A DNA stretch of 63,599 nucleotides from a virus, in the IMG/VR virus record IMGVR_UViG_3300045988_069679, positions 1 to 63,599 of that record; one strand, written 5' to 3'. The translations under genes were made by a program, and so were the position numbers. Of this stretch, positions 1 through 9,600 are shown piece by piece. The notes under the pieces are model-generated. The model did not search any database and was not told where the DNA came from. It worked only from the letters and a program-made list of their open reading frames with translations. How positions within the stretch are numbered: the stretch's first letter is position 1; each line of letters begins with the position of its first letter.

Positions 1-55
1 CATAGCACCTTGTTCTTGGAAATAATACCACTTTCCTCCAACATTTTTCCAGCCA
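1..55. repeat. Terminal overlap, copy 1 (identical to 63545..63599); indicates a circular or circularly permuted assembly
   Basis: Read directly: both ends read CATAGCACCTTGTTCTTGGAAATAATACCACTTTCCTCCAACATTTTTCCAGCCA. Confidence 0.9.
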
Positions 56-774
56 GTAGCCATTTGACCTGAATTATCAAACCAGTACCAATAGCCGTCA
101 CTATGTTTCTTCCATTTGTTAGATAACATATAACCACTATTATCAAAGTAGTACCAAACTTCTTTAATCTTCTTAAACTGTTCTTTAGGATAAGTTCCAT
201 CAGCGTATTCATACCAATAACCGTTGGTGTTCTTCTTCCAACCCTCAGTACCTCCAATACCATTCTCAATATCTTTCTTGAATTGGGCTTTTGAAATTCC
301 CCAACTTTCTAGATAAGGATATGGGTCAACGTGGTCTGAGTGGTTATCAGGCTGATTATAAGTACAGTAGTAATGAGTCTTAATACCAGCTAAATCATCA
401 GTATCTAATGTTACTGGGATTCCACCTTCTACTGCAAGTTCACGGAGGAGCTGTACATAGAGTCTATAATCAGTATCAAATTCTTCTTGTGTTTTATGAC
501 TTTCAATCAATTCCACAGAAGCATAAGACTCAGCGTTCCAACCTCCTCCAACGTCATACGAGCCACGATTGGTTTGGGCTGTTTGTAGCACTCTTCCATT
601 CCCTACAACGTGTGTAAAGAATCCTGAATCAATAGGTCTTCTTAGATGGTAATCAGCTTCATTATCCACAGTGGAGTTCTTATTCCCTGTAGAGTGTGCA
701 TGAACTTGTCTATATGGAGCATACCCTACTTGTGGAGTATCCCATCTAAGTTTATGCTTTTCTATTTTTAGCAC
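1..774 (-). CDS. Endolysin, 5' part: LytA-like N-acetylmuramoyl-L-alanine amidase (Amidase_2) plus first choline-binding repeats. The gene wraps the window junction and continues at 63544..63350 (322 aa in total).
   Basis: Manual minus-strand translation gives [31 protein letters not shown]...[46 protein letters not shown]...[23 protein letters not shown], collinear with pneumococcal LytA as I remember it. GTG start at 774-772 sits 6 nt after AAGGAGA. It is absent from the ORF track because it runs off the window. Confidence 0.9.
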   Translation of the reverse strand, partial: MLKIEKHKLRWDTPQVGYAPYRQVHAHSTGNKNSTVDNEADYHLRRPIDSGFFTHVVGNGRVLQTAQTNRGSYDVGGGWNAESYASVELIESHKTQEEFDTDYRLYVQLLRELAVEGGIPVTLDTDDLAGIKTHYYCTYNQPDNHSDHVDPYPYLESWGISKAQFKKDIENGIGGTEGWKKNTNGYWYEYADGTYPKEQFKKIKEVWYYFDNSGYMLSNKWKKHSDGYWYWFDNSGQMATGWKNVGGKWYYFQEQGAM

Positions 775-1102
775 TAGCTTTCTCCTTACTAAATTGCCAT
801 TCTAGCTTAGTATCCAATCCATGAATATAGTGGTTTCCTTGAAGATTATCAAAGTATTCCTTCACAAGAGGTCTAGTCATTTCCCATTTCTCTTTTGCTG
901 TGAACTCTGTTGAGTTATAAATCTGCAAGTATTCTGAGCGTAGGCTAGAGCGTTTAGCTCCCTTAGTAATTTCAATGAGCTGTTCTCTCTTACGATTTAA
1001 AAAGAATACTCCAAAACTACAAGCAGTAGTAATTAATAGAGTTAAACCTGTAACTACTGTTTGGTCTTCTAGGAGCTTTAATACAATACTATTATTACCC
1101 AT
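752..1102 (-). CDS. Putative holin / lysis membrane protein (single N-terminal TM helix)
   Basis: ORF track 752..1111. TM segment [20 protein letters not shown]. The gene ends 22 nt inside the lysin start. ATG 1102 (AGGTGG, 5 nt spacing) is preferred over GTG 1111. Confidence 0.5.
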   Translation of the reverse strand: MGNNSIVLKLLEDQTVVTGLTLLITTACSFGVFFLNRKREQLIEITKGAKRSSLRSEYLQIYNSTEFTAKEKWEMTRPLVKEYFDNLQGNHYIHGLDTKLEWQFSKEKASAKNRKA

Positions 1103-1424
1103 ATAGACCACCTGTTTCTATTTCTAGGATTGGGTCTTCTCCACCTTCTGCAAGTTTCTCAAGGTCTTTAAGGATTTCCTCTTTACCTTTACCCACACAA
1201 GGCATCTCAATAACCTTTTCTTCTGGAATAGGTGTTGGTGTAGGAGTTACTCCACTACCATTACCTTTTCCATTGTCAAGGCTACAGTCAAAGTCAATTT
1301 GTATTCCATCACACTGACCATCTAATTGCTCACAAGTTGCTTTAGGAATCTGTGAATAACGTTTAGACCAGTCAATGTATGAAATACCACAGAGTTTATC
1401 TGCTTCATCTAATACATAGACCAT
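1095..1424 (-). CDS. Hypothetical late protein with Cys residues and a TPTPTP linker
   Basis: ORF track; tightly packed between the CHAP gene and the holin candidate. Confidence 0.6.
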   Translation of the reverse strand: MVYVLDEADKLCGISYIDWSKRYSQIPKATCEQLDGQCDGIQIDFDCSLDNGKGNGSGVTPTPTPIPEEKVIEMPCVGKGKEEILKDLEKLAEGGEDPILEIETGGLYG

Positions 1425-1426
1425 GT

Positions 1427-2494
1427 TTACCTCACATAAACGTCAAAGGACGTTTTATCATTAGTTGTATATACTTTACCCTTAAATCCGAAGGGTGTGT
1501 TGTAAGTTCTGCCTATAATATCACCATAAGTCTTAGGAGCTGACATGATTATATTACCATCACCATCAGACAAGAATCCATAGGCATTGAATCCCTTACC
1601 AGGAACTACTACATTATCAGGAAAAGAGCTTCCTGCTGAGTAAGTCCATTCATAATTGGCTTCTTTTATACGACCTAGTGAAACAAACTGTGCTAGGGAA
1701 TAGATTTTCTGTGTACCAGATTGGTCTATTCCATCAGTAGTTTTGTCTGTAAACCAGTCATAACCATTAGGTGTTTCATATTTCTTTTTCTCTTCCTTCT
1801 TAGTGGTAGAGTAATCATCTAGCTTCTTCACACAAGAGATAGGTATATAAGCCACAGAGCCATCATACTTATCATAGATGAGCCATTCACCATTTATATT
1901 ACCTGTTACTTTGTTACACTTATAGAATGTCTCTATCACAGTGCTATCTCCAGGAGATTTAATTCCCTCAACCTTGTCACAAGTAATTTCAAAGAAGTCT
2001 CTAGCAATGAACTTATCAGTCTCTTTAGCATTACCTACTTTAACACCATTGGCATCAGCAGGTTCATAGTTGTCTTGACCCTTAATGCGAATAACACTTA
2101 TTAGAGTGTTACCATAGCCATAAACAGCTCTTCTGTGCTCTATTGTACATTGGTGTTGATAGTTCTGTTCAACCACAAGGGCATCAGATAAATCTCCACC
2201 ACCATACACAAAGACGTGACCATACGTCCAACCCTCACCTTGTGGTTCTCTTGTAGTGATAATATCACCTACATTAAGTTTCATGCCATCAGTATAAGGA
2301 ATAACATCAGCAAAGGAGGATATGTCATTGACAAGTCCAAAGTCTTTAGCACCTTCTCCATCAAACTTGAATCCCCAATGTTGAGCTACAATATTAGCTA
2401 AGTCTGCACACTGATAAGGCTGTTCAGGAGGATAACCATCAATGTCAACACACTGTCCTGCATATTGTTGGGCTATCTTATAAGCATTTGTCAT
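1427..2494 (-). CDS. CHAP-domain peptidoglycan hydrolase (second lysin or virion-associated hydrolase) with a C-terminal binding-type domain
   Basis: N-terminal motifs YQCADL ... GDIITT ... YGHVFVYGG ... VVEQNY match the Cys-His-(Glu/Asn) CHAP pattern. Confidence 0.75.
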   Translation of the reverse strand: MTNAYKIAQQYAGQCVDIDGYPPEQPYQCADLANIVAQHWGFKFDGEGAKDFGLVNDISSFADVIPYTDGMKLNVGDIITTREPQGEGWTYGHVFVYGGGDLSDALVVEQNYQHQCTIEHRRAVYGYGNTLISVIRIKGQDNYEPADANGVKVGNAKETDKFIARDFFEITCDKVEGIKSPGDSTVIETFYKCNKVTGNINGEWLIYDKYDGSVAYIPISCVKKLDDYSTTKKEEKKKYETPNGYDWFTDKTTDGIDQSGTQKIYSLAQFVSLGRIKEANYEWTYSAGSSFPDNVVVPGKGFNAYGFLSDGDGNIIMSAPKTYGDIIGRTYNTPFGFKGKVYTTNDKTSFDVYVR

Positions 2495-2505
2495 AATAAT
2501 TATAC

Positions 2506-2790
2506 CTAAAATTCATCATCTAGTAAACTCAAACACAAGTGAGTAAGGTGTGTAAAATCATAGCTAAATTCTTCTTTATCAAGCTGAATTATGTTAGATT
2601 TTCTAAAGCAGATAACCTCTTTATCCTCAATCCTTAATGAGAAATCATCAGAGTGAATGAACTCACGAGCACCACCTACATCATTACTATGGATAAGCTG
2701 TCTCACAAACTGCTCCACAATGTCTTCTGCAAGGATTCTATTTCTCATTCTGTGAACAAGGTCTTTTCTAATCTTCTTATTCTTTGGCAT
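2506..2790 (-). CDS. Hypothetical late protein
   Basis: ORF track; overlaps the upstream gene by 14 nt in an operon arrangement. Confidence 0.6.
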   Translation of the reverse strand: MPKNKKIRKDLVHRMRNRILAEDIVEQFVRQLIHSNDVGGAREFIHSDDFSLRIEDKEVICFRKSNIIQLDKEEFSYDFTHLTHLCLSLLDDEF

Positions 2791-2983
2791 CTACTTCCAT
2801 CTCCTTCAATACTTGTTTCAGTTTATACTCTAACCAATATATCTCACCCTTTAGCTTTTCATTAGCTATCACAGATTGGTAGTCTGTAGGGTGCTGTGCT
2901 AGGTGTCCTTCTAGCTTGTATTGTTTAGTCTCTCTGTGAACCTTTCTTAGCAAGGTGTTCTTATATGTACCATATAGGCTCAT
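2777..2983 (-). CDS. Hypothetical late protein
   Basis: ORF track; compact operon context. Confidence 0.6.
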   Translation of the reverse strand: MSLYGTYKNTLLRKVHRETKQYKLEGHLAQHPTDYQSVIANEKLKGEIYWLEYKLKQVLKEMEVDAKE

Positions 2984-2991
2984 AGTTCCTC

Positions 2992-4245
2992 CTAGTTAAT
3001 ATGACTATATTTTAAGAAGTTTCTAAGGGTAATCTTAGCTTCACCTAGTGCATACACAGTGAATACCTTCTCACCAGCACTGAACAAAGCACTACGCTGT
3101 GAATCATTTAGATACCATGCAGAATACATTAAGTCATAGCCTTCTAGTGGTTTGTTATTAGGGAAAATACCCTCTCCACTAGCATCATCACCAATCCAAT
3201 TACAACCCCACTGTCTTCTAAAGATTTCAGTAAGGTCAATCTCAGCAGTCTCTCCTGTATGCTCATTCTTAGCTGACACAGTTAAGTGAACGTCTGCAAT
3301 AGGATTTACTTTTCCTCCATCACAGCCACTCTTATTCTGCTCAACAATGAACTTTAAGAACCATCTTTGGAATCTATCCAAGTCTGATGGAACTAACACA
3401 CGGAAGGAAGCTGATGATTGGTCTTTGTTAATTGGTACTACATCTTCTGGGTCTGGTTTATCATTGTCTGTGTTTCCACTACCATCACCCTCTAAGACAT
3501 TCTTAATGAACTCATAGTGTTTCTTAGCAAACTCAATACGCTCTGCTGGTTTATTATCAGGTTGTCCTCCCCAATCAGAAAGGAAACGTTGTGTAAGTTC
3601 CCCTATATCTCCATCACTAGAAGCTACCTCTTTTAACACACTAGACCTACCCTCTTCTGAAAGCATGAACTTAACTTGTGTGCCAAATGAGAAAATGCTT
3701 CTACGCTTATCCTTCTTAGCAAAGTCATATAAGGCTTTAGCCCTCACACCAGTCCATTGTCCTAAACCTAGACCTATCCAGTGCTTACCATCTACTAGAT
3801 AACCGCTCTCATCAAGGGTCAGGTTTTTATATAAACTAGCAAAAGCTCCCCATGAGCCTAATAGTTTTTCTGCTGTGGGTTCATCTTCCATCAACCCATA
3901 CTTATTATCTGTTAAGTAGTCATTCTCATAACGTTTAGCCTTAACTTCACTCTCAAGACCAAAGAATCCTACAATAGCAGAAGCACCCTCTGGTTTAGTT
4001 CCAGGGATTTCTTTCTTAAGTGCTTTAACTAGCTTTTTAATTCTACCTTGAACATCTTTGTCATCTCCATCACCATCAGCTTCCTCTTTACCATAAGGAG
4101 CACAAGCCTTGGCAGTATGAAATGTTGATACATAGTCAAGAGCGTAGAGGTCAGTTACACCTCCACGTCTTTGCTTTGATTGCTGAATAACCCTAGCCTT
4201 AGTTCTAGCCACAGAGTTTACTAACTTTACATAACTGTTTGACAT
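2992..4245 (-). CDS. Tail-associated lysozyme-like protein
   Basis: Motif GLGLGQWTGVRAKALYDFAKK resembles the phage tail lysozyme (GxxQWtgxR) signature. Lies directly after the Tal-like gene. Confidence 0.55.
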   Translation of the reverse strand: MSNSYVKLVNSVARTKARVIQQSKQRRGGVTDLYALDYVSTFHTAKACAPYGKEEADGDGDDKDVQGRIKKLVKALKKEIPGTKPEGASAIVGFFGLESEVKAKRYENDYLTDNKYGLMEDEPTAEKLLGSWGAFASLYKNLTLDESGYLVDGKHWIGLGLGQWTGVRAKALYDFAKKDKRRSIFSFGTQVKFMLSEEGRSSVLKEVASSDGDIGELTQRFLSDWGGQPDNKPAERIEFAKKHYEFIKNVLEGDGSGNTDNDKPDPEDVVPINKDQSSASFRVLVPSDLDRFQRWFLKFIVEQNKSGCDGGKVNPIADVHLTVSAKNEHTGETAEIDLTEIFRRQWGCNWIGDDASGEGIFPNNKPLEGYDLMYSAWYLNDSQRSALFSAGEKVFTVYALGEAKITLRNFLKYSHIN

Positions 4246-4253
4246 ATTCCCTC

Positions 4254-5531
4254 CTACTGGTTCACAGTAATATCTCTATCACTGTACAAGAACTTGGATA
4301 GTTTTAGCTTTTGTAAGTGTGTATTACCTACATCATACTCATCAGTAATGTGTGTCACATAGAACCAATCACTTTGCTTAAGAATCTTCTCATAATACTT
4401 GGTACAAGCAGTCAATTCCCACACACCAGCATTAAGAGTAAACATTACCCTATCACCTACACCTAATGTTCTAGGCTCTAAAGGCTCTATTGTAATGTCA
4501 TAGGTAACTTTACGTCTAGAGTTAATCAAACGTCTTATAGCTGTCCTATAGAGCTGTTCTGTAGCTCTAAGCCTATCTGAATCTGTAATCTCTCTATTGT
4601 CATCAGCAATGGATTGTGTGTCATTATCAGTCACAGTACCCCAATAAAGCTCTCCAGCTTCTAAAGCAATACCTTCTTCGTCCATTACAGCAAACTCATC
4701 ACCAATAATTTCAGGAGCAAACACAGGAAGCTGAGGATAATCATAATAGCGCTGAGAATTTACTTTATTACCTGTCTTAATCACAGGGAAGCCTTTTAGC
4801 ATGAACTTAGGGTTATGGAAAATATCTCTAAGGGTAAGGGAACTAGCGCCACTATCAGACTTATCTGACATAGCTACAGCTATATTCACAGTGTCCTCAT
4901 AGTTTTCCTCTACCTCATTCAATGCAATCAGCTTTGTGTGTTCATTGATTAGAACATCTCTCTTATGACCAAAGATTCCAAACTGAATCAGATAAGGGTC
5001 TTGTCTACTTACTCTCCAATAAAGAGCTGTAGTCTTCTCACACACCTTAGTTAAGAACTCTAGGAAAGTCTCATTAGAAAACTCATACTCAATCAAGTTC
5101 TTCTCTGCATAGTCATCTAGGTACTCAATCTTGAAGTCATTTAGTAGGTCATCTTTGTGTTGTTCACCTTTCCAATAACCCATAGCTTGTTCCACAGCAG
5201 ATACAACAGACCTAGCTTTTACTGTTACGTTTGTAGGAAGAGTTCTTTTACCTAATCTACCAATAATATGAGAGATATCTACACTCACAGTCATGTTAGT
5301 AAAGTCATTTACCTTATTACCTACATAACCTCTATATTCCCAATCATCAGTCTTGATAATGATATGAGTATTCCCATTCATCATCTTACCATATCTGATA
5401 GGAAGTGTGAGCTTAATAGAAGGAACTTCCATAAGGGAGAACTCTACTGAGATTCCCCCTAAGAAGTCATCTTTGGCTATAATTGCTGAACCTAGTCCAG
5501 AGCTTACTGAATTTTCAATATAACCAATCAT
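4254..5531 (-). CDS. Tail-associated (Tal-like) baseplate protein
   Basis: Position immediately after Dit, and size; called by synteny only. Confidence 0.55.
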   Translation of the reverse strand: MIGYIENSVSSGLGSAIIAKDDFLGGISVEFSLMEVPSIKLTLPIRYGKMMNGNTHIIIKTDDWEYRGYVGNKVNDFTNMTVSVDISHIIGRLGKRTLPTNVTVKARSVVSAVEQAMGYWKGEQHKDDLLNDFKIEYLDDYAEKNLIEYEFSNETFLEFLTKVCEKTTALYWRVSRQDPYLIQFGIFGHKRDVLINEHTKLIALNEVEENYEDTVNIAVAMSDKSDSGASSLTLRDIFHNPKFMLKGFPVIKTGNKVNSQRYYDYPQLPVFAPEIIGDEFAVMDEEGIALEAGELYWGTVTDNDTQSIADDNREITDSDRLRATEQLYRTAIRRLINSRRKVTYDITIEPLEPRTLGVGDRVMFTLNAGVWELTACTKYYEKILKQSDWFYVTHITDEYDVGNTHLQKLKLSKFLYSDRDITVNQ

Positions 5532-6634
5532 ACTGTTACACCCTCATAATCAATAAAAATACAAGCATTTTCACTTTCTACACCACTAACTGATACTTGG
5601 TTGACTCCCTTCTTGATATAAGGAGTTTCAGCACAGAGGGTAAGCACAGAGAGGGAAACCTCTTTATAGCTGAACTCTATACATTCCCAAGACTTAGCAT
5701 ATCTGATTTCACCTTTATAATTAGCTGTAAGAACTCCATTGTACTCACCACTAATCTTAAAGTCAATGTCATTGATTCTAACCACAGGGTCTTTAAACTG
5801 ACCATCTAAGGCAAAGCTCCACTTATGACTATCAAGCACTGTGTCAGATATAAAGCTACCATTCAAGACCTCATGCACACAGTTATCACAGATTGCATGT
5901 TTGTAGAAGTCTTTAAGGGATTGATTACATTTACCTTTTGAGCAGTTATAGACTATTCTCCATTTAGAGTTACACTCTTCAAAGAAGTCATTCATGAACT
6001 CTACATTGGCTTGTGCTGTACACAGGTCAATCATATCGTCCATATCCTTACAGTCTTGCTCACAGCACTCACAGATATTATTACAATTAGGTAGACCATT
6101 ACAGCAATGCCTTGACTTAGCTACACAGCTTGCTTTCATATCTAGGAAGTCACAGTTATCAAAAGGTTCTAGGAAGGTCTTGGCTTCATCAGCCTTATAC
6201 CACACACCATCAGGGTTATCAAACTCAACTTTAAACACAAGGTAGTCATCATCAGTGATTATCCACTCTTTGTTAGGCTGAATACTTGTAACATAGGCAT
6301 TACACCACACGAGTTGTAGCCCTGTGTTCACAGCCCATAGCTTACCAGGAGTGAAGAGCTGTTCAATGATAAAGTCATAGTGTGCTTGTATATGTTCCTC
6401 TGACCAATTATGAGTTCTTAATGCAATTTTAAGTGAGATAGAGTTACTATCTACTAATGATTTAGACCCAATATTTCCAACATAAGACCCATTGGTAAAA
6501 GTGCGTGAGGTTTTACTCTCACGCAAGCTAATACTCTCTGTCTGTTCATCAATAGATTTTCTACCAAGGAACACTAGGTCATTGAATTGGATATATCGTT
6601 TGGGCTTTGAGAAATTTTCATCACACGCAAACAT
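5528..6634 (-). CDS. Distal tail protein (Dit) with a Cys-rich insertion
   Basis: Immediately downstream of the tape measure, with ATGA-type overlap. Internal cluster CCNGLPNCNNICECCEQDCKD...CNSKW..CSKGKCNQ..CDNC. Confidence 0.65.
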   Translation of the reverse strand: MFACDENFSKPKRYIQFNDLVFLGRKSIDEQTESISLRESKTSRTFTNGSYVGNIGSKSLVDSNSISLKIALRTHNWSEEHIQAHYDFIIEQLFTPGKLWAVNTGLQLVWCNAYVTSIQPNKEWIITDDDYLVFKVEFDNPDGVWYKADEAKTFLEPFDNCDFLDMKASCVAKSRHCCNGLPNCNNICECCEQDCKDMDDMIDLCTAQANVEFMNDFFEECNSKWRIVYNCSKGKCNQSLKDFYKHAICDNCVHEVLNGSFISDTVLDSHKWSFALDGQFKDPVVRINDIDFKISGEYNGVLTANYKGEIRYAKSWECIEFSYKEVSLSVLTLCAETPYIKKGVNQVSVSGVESENACIFIDYEGVTV

Positions 6635-9600
6635 TAAACATACCTCATCAATTTATCTACACCAAACATACCGTTTAGATATTGAGATTTATTATCAATA
6701 TTTTGACTAATTTTGGCATTATTTGTGTTATATACATTGTTAATTATAGTTGATTTATTCATGGTTTGCAAGGCATTTACACCATACTTGTTAAGGTTAT
6801 TTAGGAAGTTAGTACCTAGACTATCCACAGCCTTTTTACGGAGCACATACTCACCAGGAGTAAGCATTGCAGGCACAGTATCAGTACCTCTAGGTTGCCA
6901 ATTTATACCTACTGGTAGACCTTGTGAATGGTATTCAGGAATAAGACCTCCTGTTTGATACCCTCTTTGTACTCTTGCGTACTCAGCTAATTTTCTTTCA
7001 GTTACAAGCTCGTTTACTTCATCCCAGTTATTAGCAAGTTTTGCTTTTTCAATACCCTCTTCTATCTTACTGATAGCTTTTTGAATTGAATCACTAACAG
7101 AAGTCTTAAGTTTACCAATACTAGTAGATATACCATAAGTAGGGATACCCAATATGTTCTCATTATTAATTAAACCAGCTCCTTCAAGAAGTTTTTTCTC
7201 TCCATCTTTAAGGCTGTTTGTAATTGAGAATTTATACTCAGTAACTTTCTTACTTAGAGGGTCTACACTAATATTAGATATACCAGCTAATTCAAATAAC
7301 TTAGAAGCTTCCTCGGCTTTAAGATACCCTTTTTGGATAAATTCTTCAACCTTAGTCTTAAACTCCGTAATCTTAGTAGGGTCAGCTTTAGAACCACCAG
7401 CTGTTTTTATCTCCTCTGCATTATTAAGTAATGCTAAATAGCTGTCTAGCTCTTCATTACCAATACGCTCCAACACTTTACCAAGAGTATCTTTATAATT
7501 AGATACCTTAGTTTCAATCTGTGTTTTAATACCAGCGAACTGATGGTCAGAACTTCCACCAAGCTTATCTCCATTCTTGATAATCTCTGTAACTATATCC
7601 ATTTTCTCAGCAATAGTCTTGCCTACAAACTCTGTAGTATCAACTCCTATCTTGTTGAGAATTTCATCAATGGCTTTGCTTTTAGCTTCACTGTTTAGAC
7701 TACCCTCTTTTTGGATAGCTGTTAACTGCTCAACCACAGAAGAAATATCCTTGAAGATAAGCTCTTTGCCTTCTTGTAGTTTAAGACCTAGCTCTCCTAG
7801 TTTACCCTTGAATGTATCTATGTTAGAGCTTTGTCTGTGTTGTTCTCCACTTGTAAGTGTAGGAATCTTAGCTACAACCTCTTGACCAGTCTCATTCACA
7901 AGCTCTACAAACTTCTCACCAATAGCTGATTTAGCTAGTTGAAGTGATTGTAGTAACTGTTCATCAGTGTAACCTGTAGATTCTTTAAGCTCTTTCCAGC
8001 TCTTAACTTGGTCTCCAATCTTCACAAAAAGACTATCAACATTCTTTGGAACTTTGGCTACCTCAATACCTAATTGAGATAAAGCTCCTGCCACAGTAGT
8101 GTTAGAGTTATTCTTGATTGCTTCAATAGTAGAGTTAGCTCCAACCACACTATCAACTAATGAGGTATCTTTTGTGATTGTCTTGAAGTAAGAATCTCTA
8201 ATTTGGTTATTCTGCTCAGAAATTTCTCTTAAGTGTGCTCTTTGTTGTAGGTATTCTTCTTTTGATTGCTTTTCAGCTTCTTGTTTAGCTTCTGCTTCAA
8301 GACGTTTCCTATCTTGTGCATTTTTGTGATTATCCCACAAACCAAGACCAAGACCTATCAATCCTCCAATACCGCCACCAATAGCCATACCTAGTCCTCC
8401 ACCAAAGCTACCAAGTAATGCTCCATTTGAAGCCCATGAAGCTGTACTAGCAAGTACATTAGTGAAGTCTTTAGCACCTTGAGAAGCTTTAGTAGAATTT
8501 TGTACTAGCCCATTACCATACCCAATAGCAATATCAGTTCCAAGTAATGCAAGGTTAGCGATATTAGTCATTCTAGCAGATTTAGCTCTAGCTCTTCTTG
8601 AAAGATTTTCTTTAGGAGCATTTTTACCTGCTCTTGACAAACCACTATGAGCTACATCAATGTCATAAGAAGACATACCTTGTTTAGCAAGTCTTTCCTT
8701 ACTAAAGTTACTACCTAGTCCTAGAGGGTTTATTTTTCCTCCACTCACCGAACTCATAGCAGTAGCCACAGTAGTCAATGAGGTAATGATATTAGAAGCC
8801 CAAGAGACAAATTTAGTACCAATATATCCCATAAGGATATACTTACCTACTCCACCTAATAGAGTTGCTACTCCAGATGCCATATTGATAGCTAAGGTTA
8901 GAAAATCTAATAGTTTCTTAAGTCCACCTTCTACTGAACCTCCAATAGCCACAAGAGTCTGTTTAATAGCATTAGTCACAGCTTTTACAAAATTTTCCAC
9001 TGCTTTAAAGAAGGCTTCACCACTAGAAGATGATAGGGTAGATATAATACCTTTACCAAGTTCTATAAGAAGAGGTTTAAGATGGTTTATAATACCCAAC
9101 AGAGCTTCTCTAAGGCTGTCTACAGCTTTATTAAATGCTCCTTGGTTAAATCCCTTAATTCCTTTTACAATGTCTCCTAGAGCACTTAGAGCTGTTTTAA
9201 TAACAGTAGCAAAATTGCTAATTAAGTTCGTCTTAGTTGCTACAGTTTCCACAAAAGAGATAACTTGAACAGCTAAATATCTAATAGCTCCAAACACACC
9301 TTTAACATCTGTAGGGTTGATTGATTTTACAATCTTATTGAGTGTATCTGAAAGATAATCATAAATAGCAATAATGTCTTTAAGAGCTTCTGACTTCACA
9401 GCTAACTTAGCTAGATTATTGTAGACATCTACATATTGAGATAGCACTTTAAGAGCACCAGCATTGATACCTTGTGTTGTTAGTTTAGAGATGCTACTCA
9501 AGAAATCTGATGCACTATGAACAATGTCCTTGGTGAACTTACCAAACTCTGTACCTGAGTTTTTCAACACAGTAAGCATATCTTTTGTGATATTGAAGAA

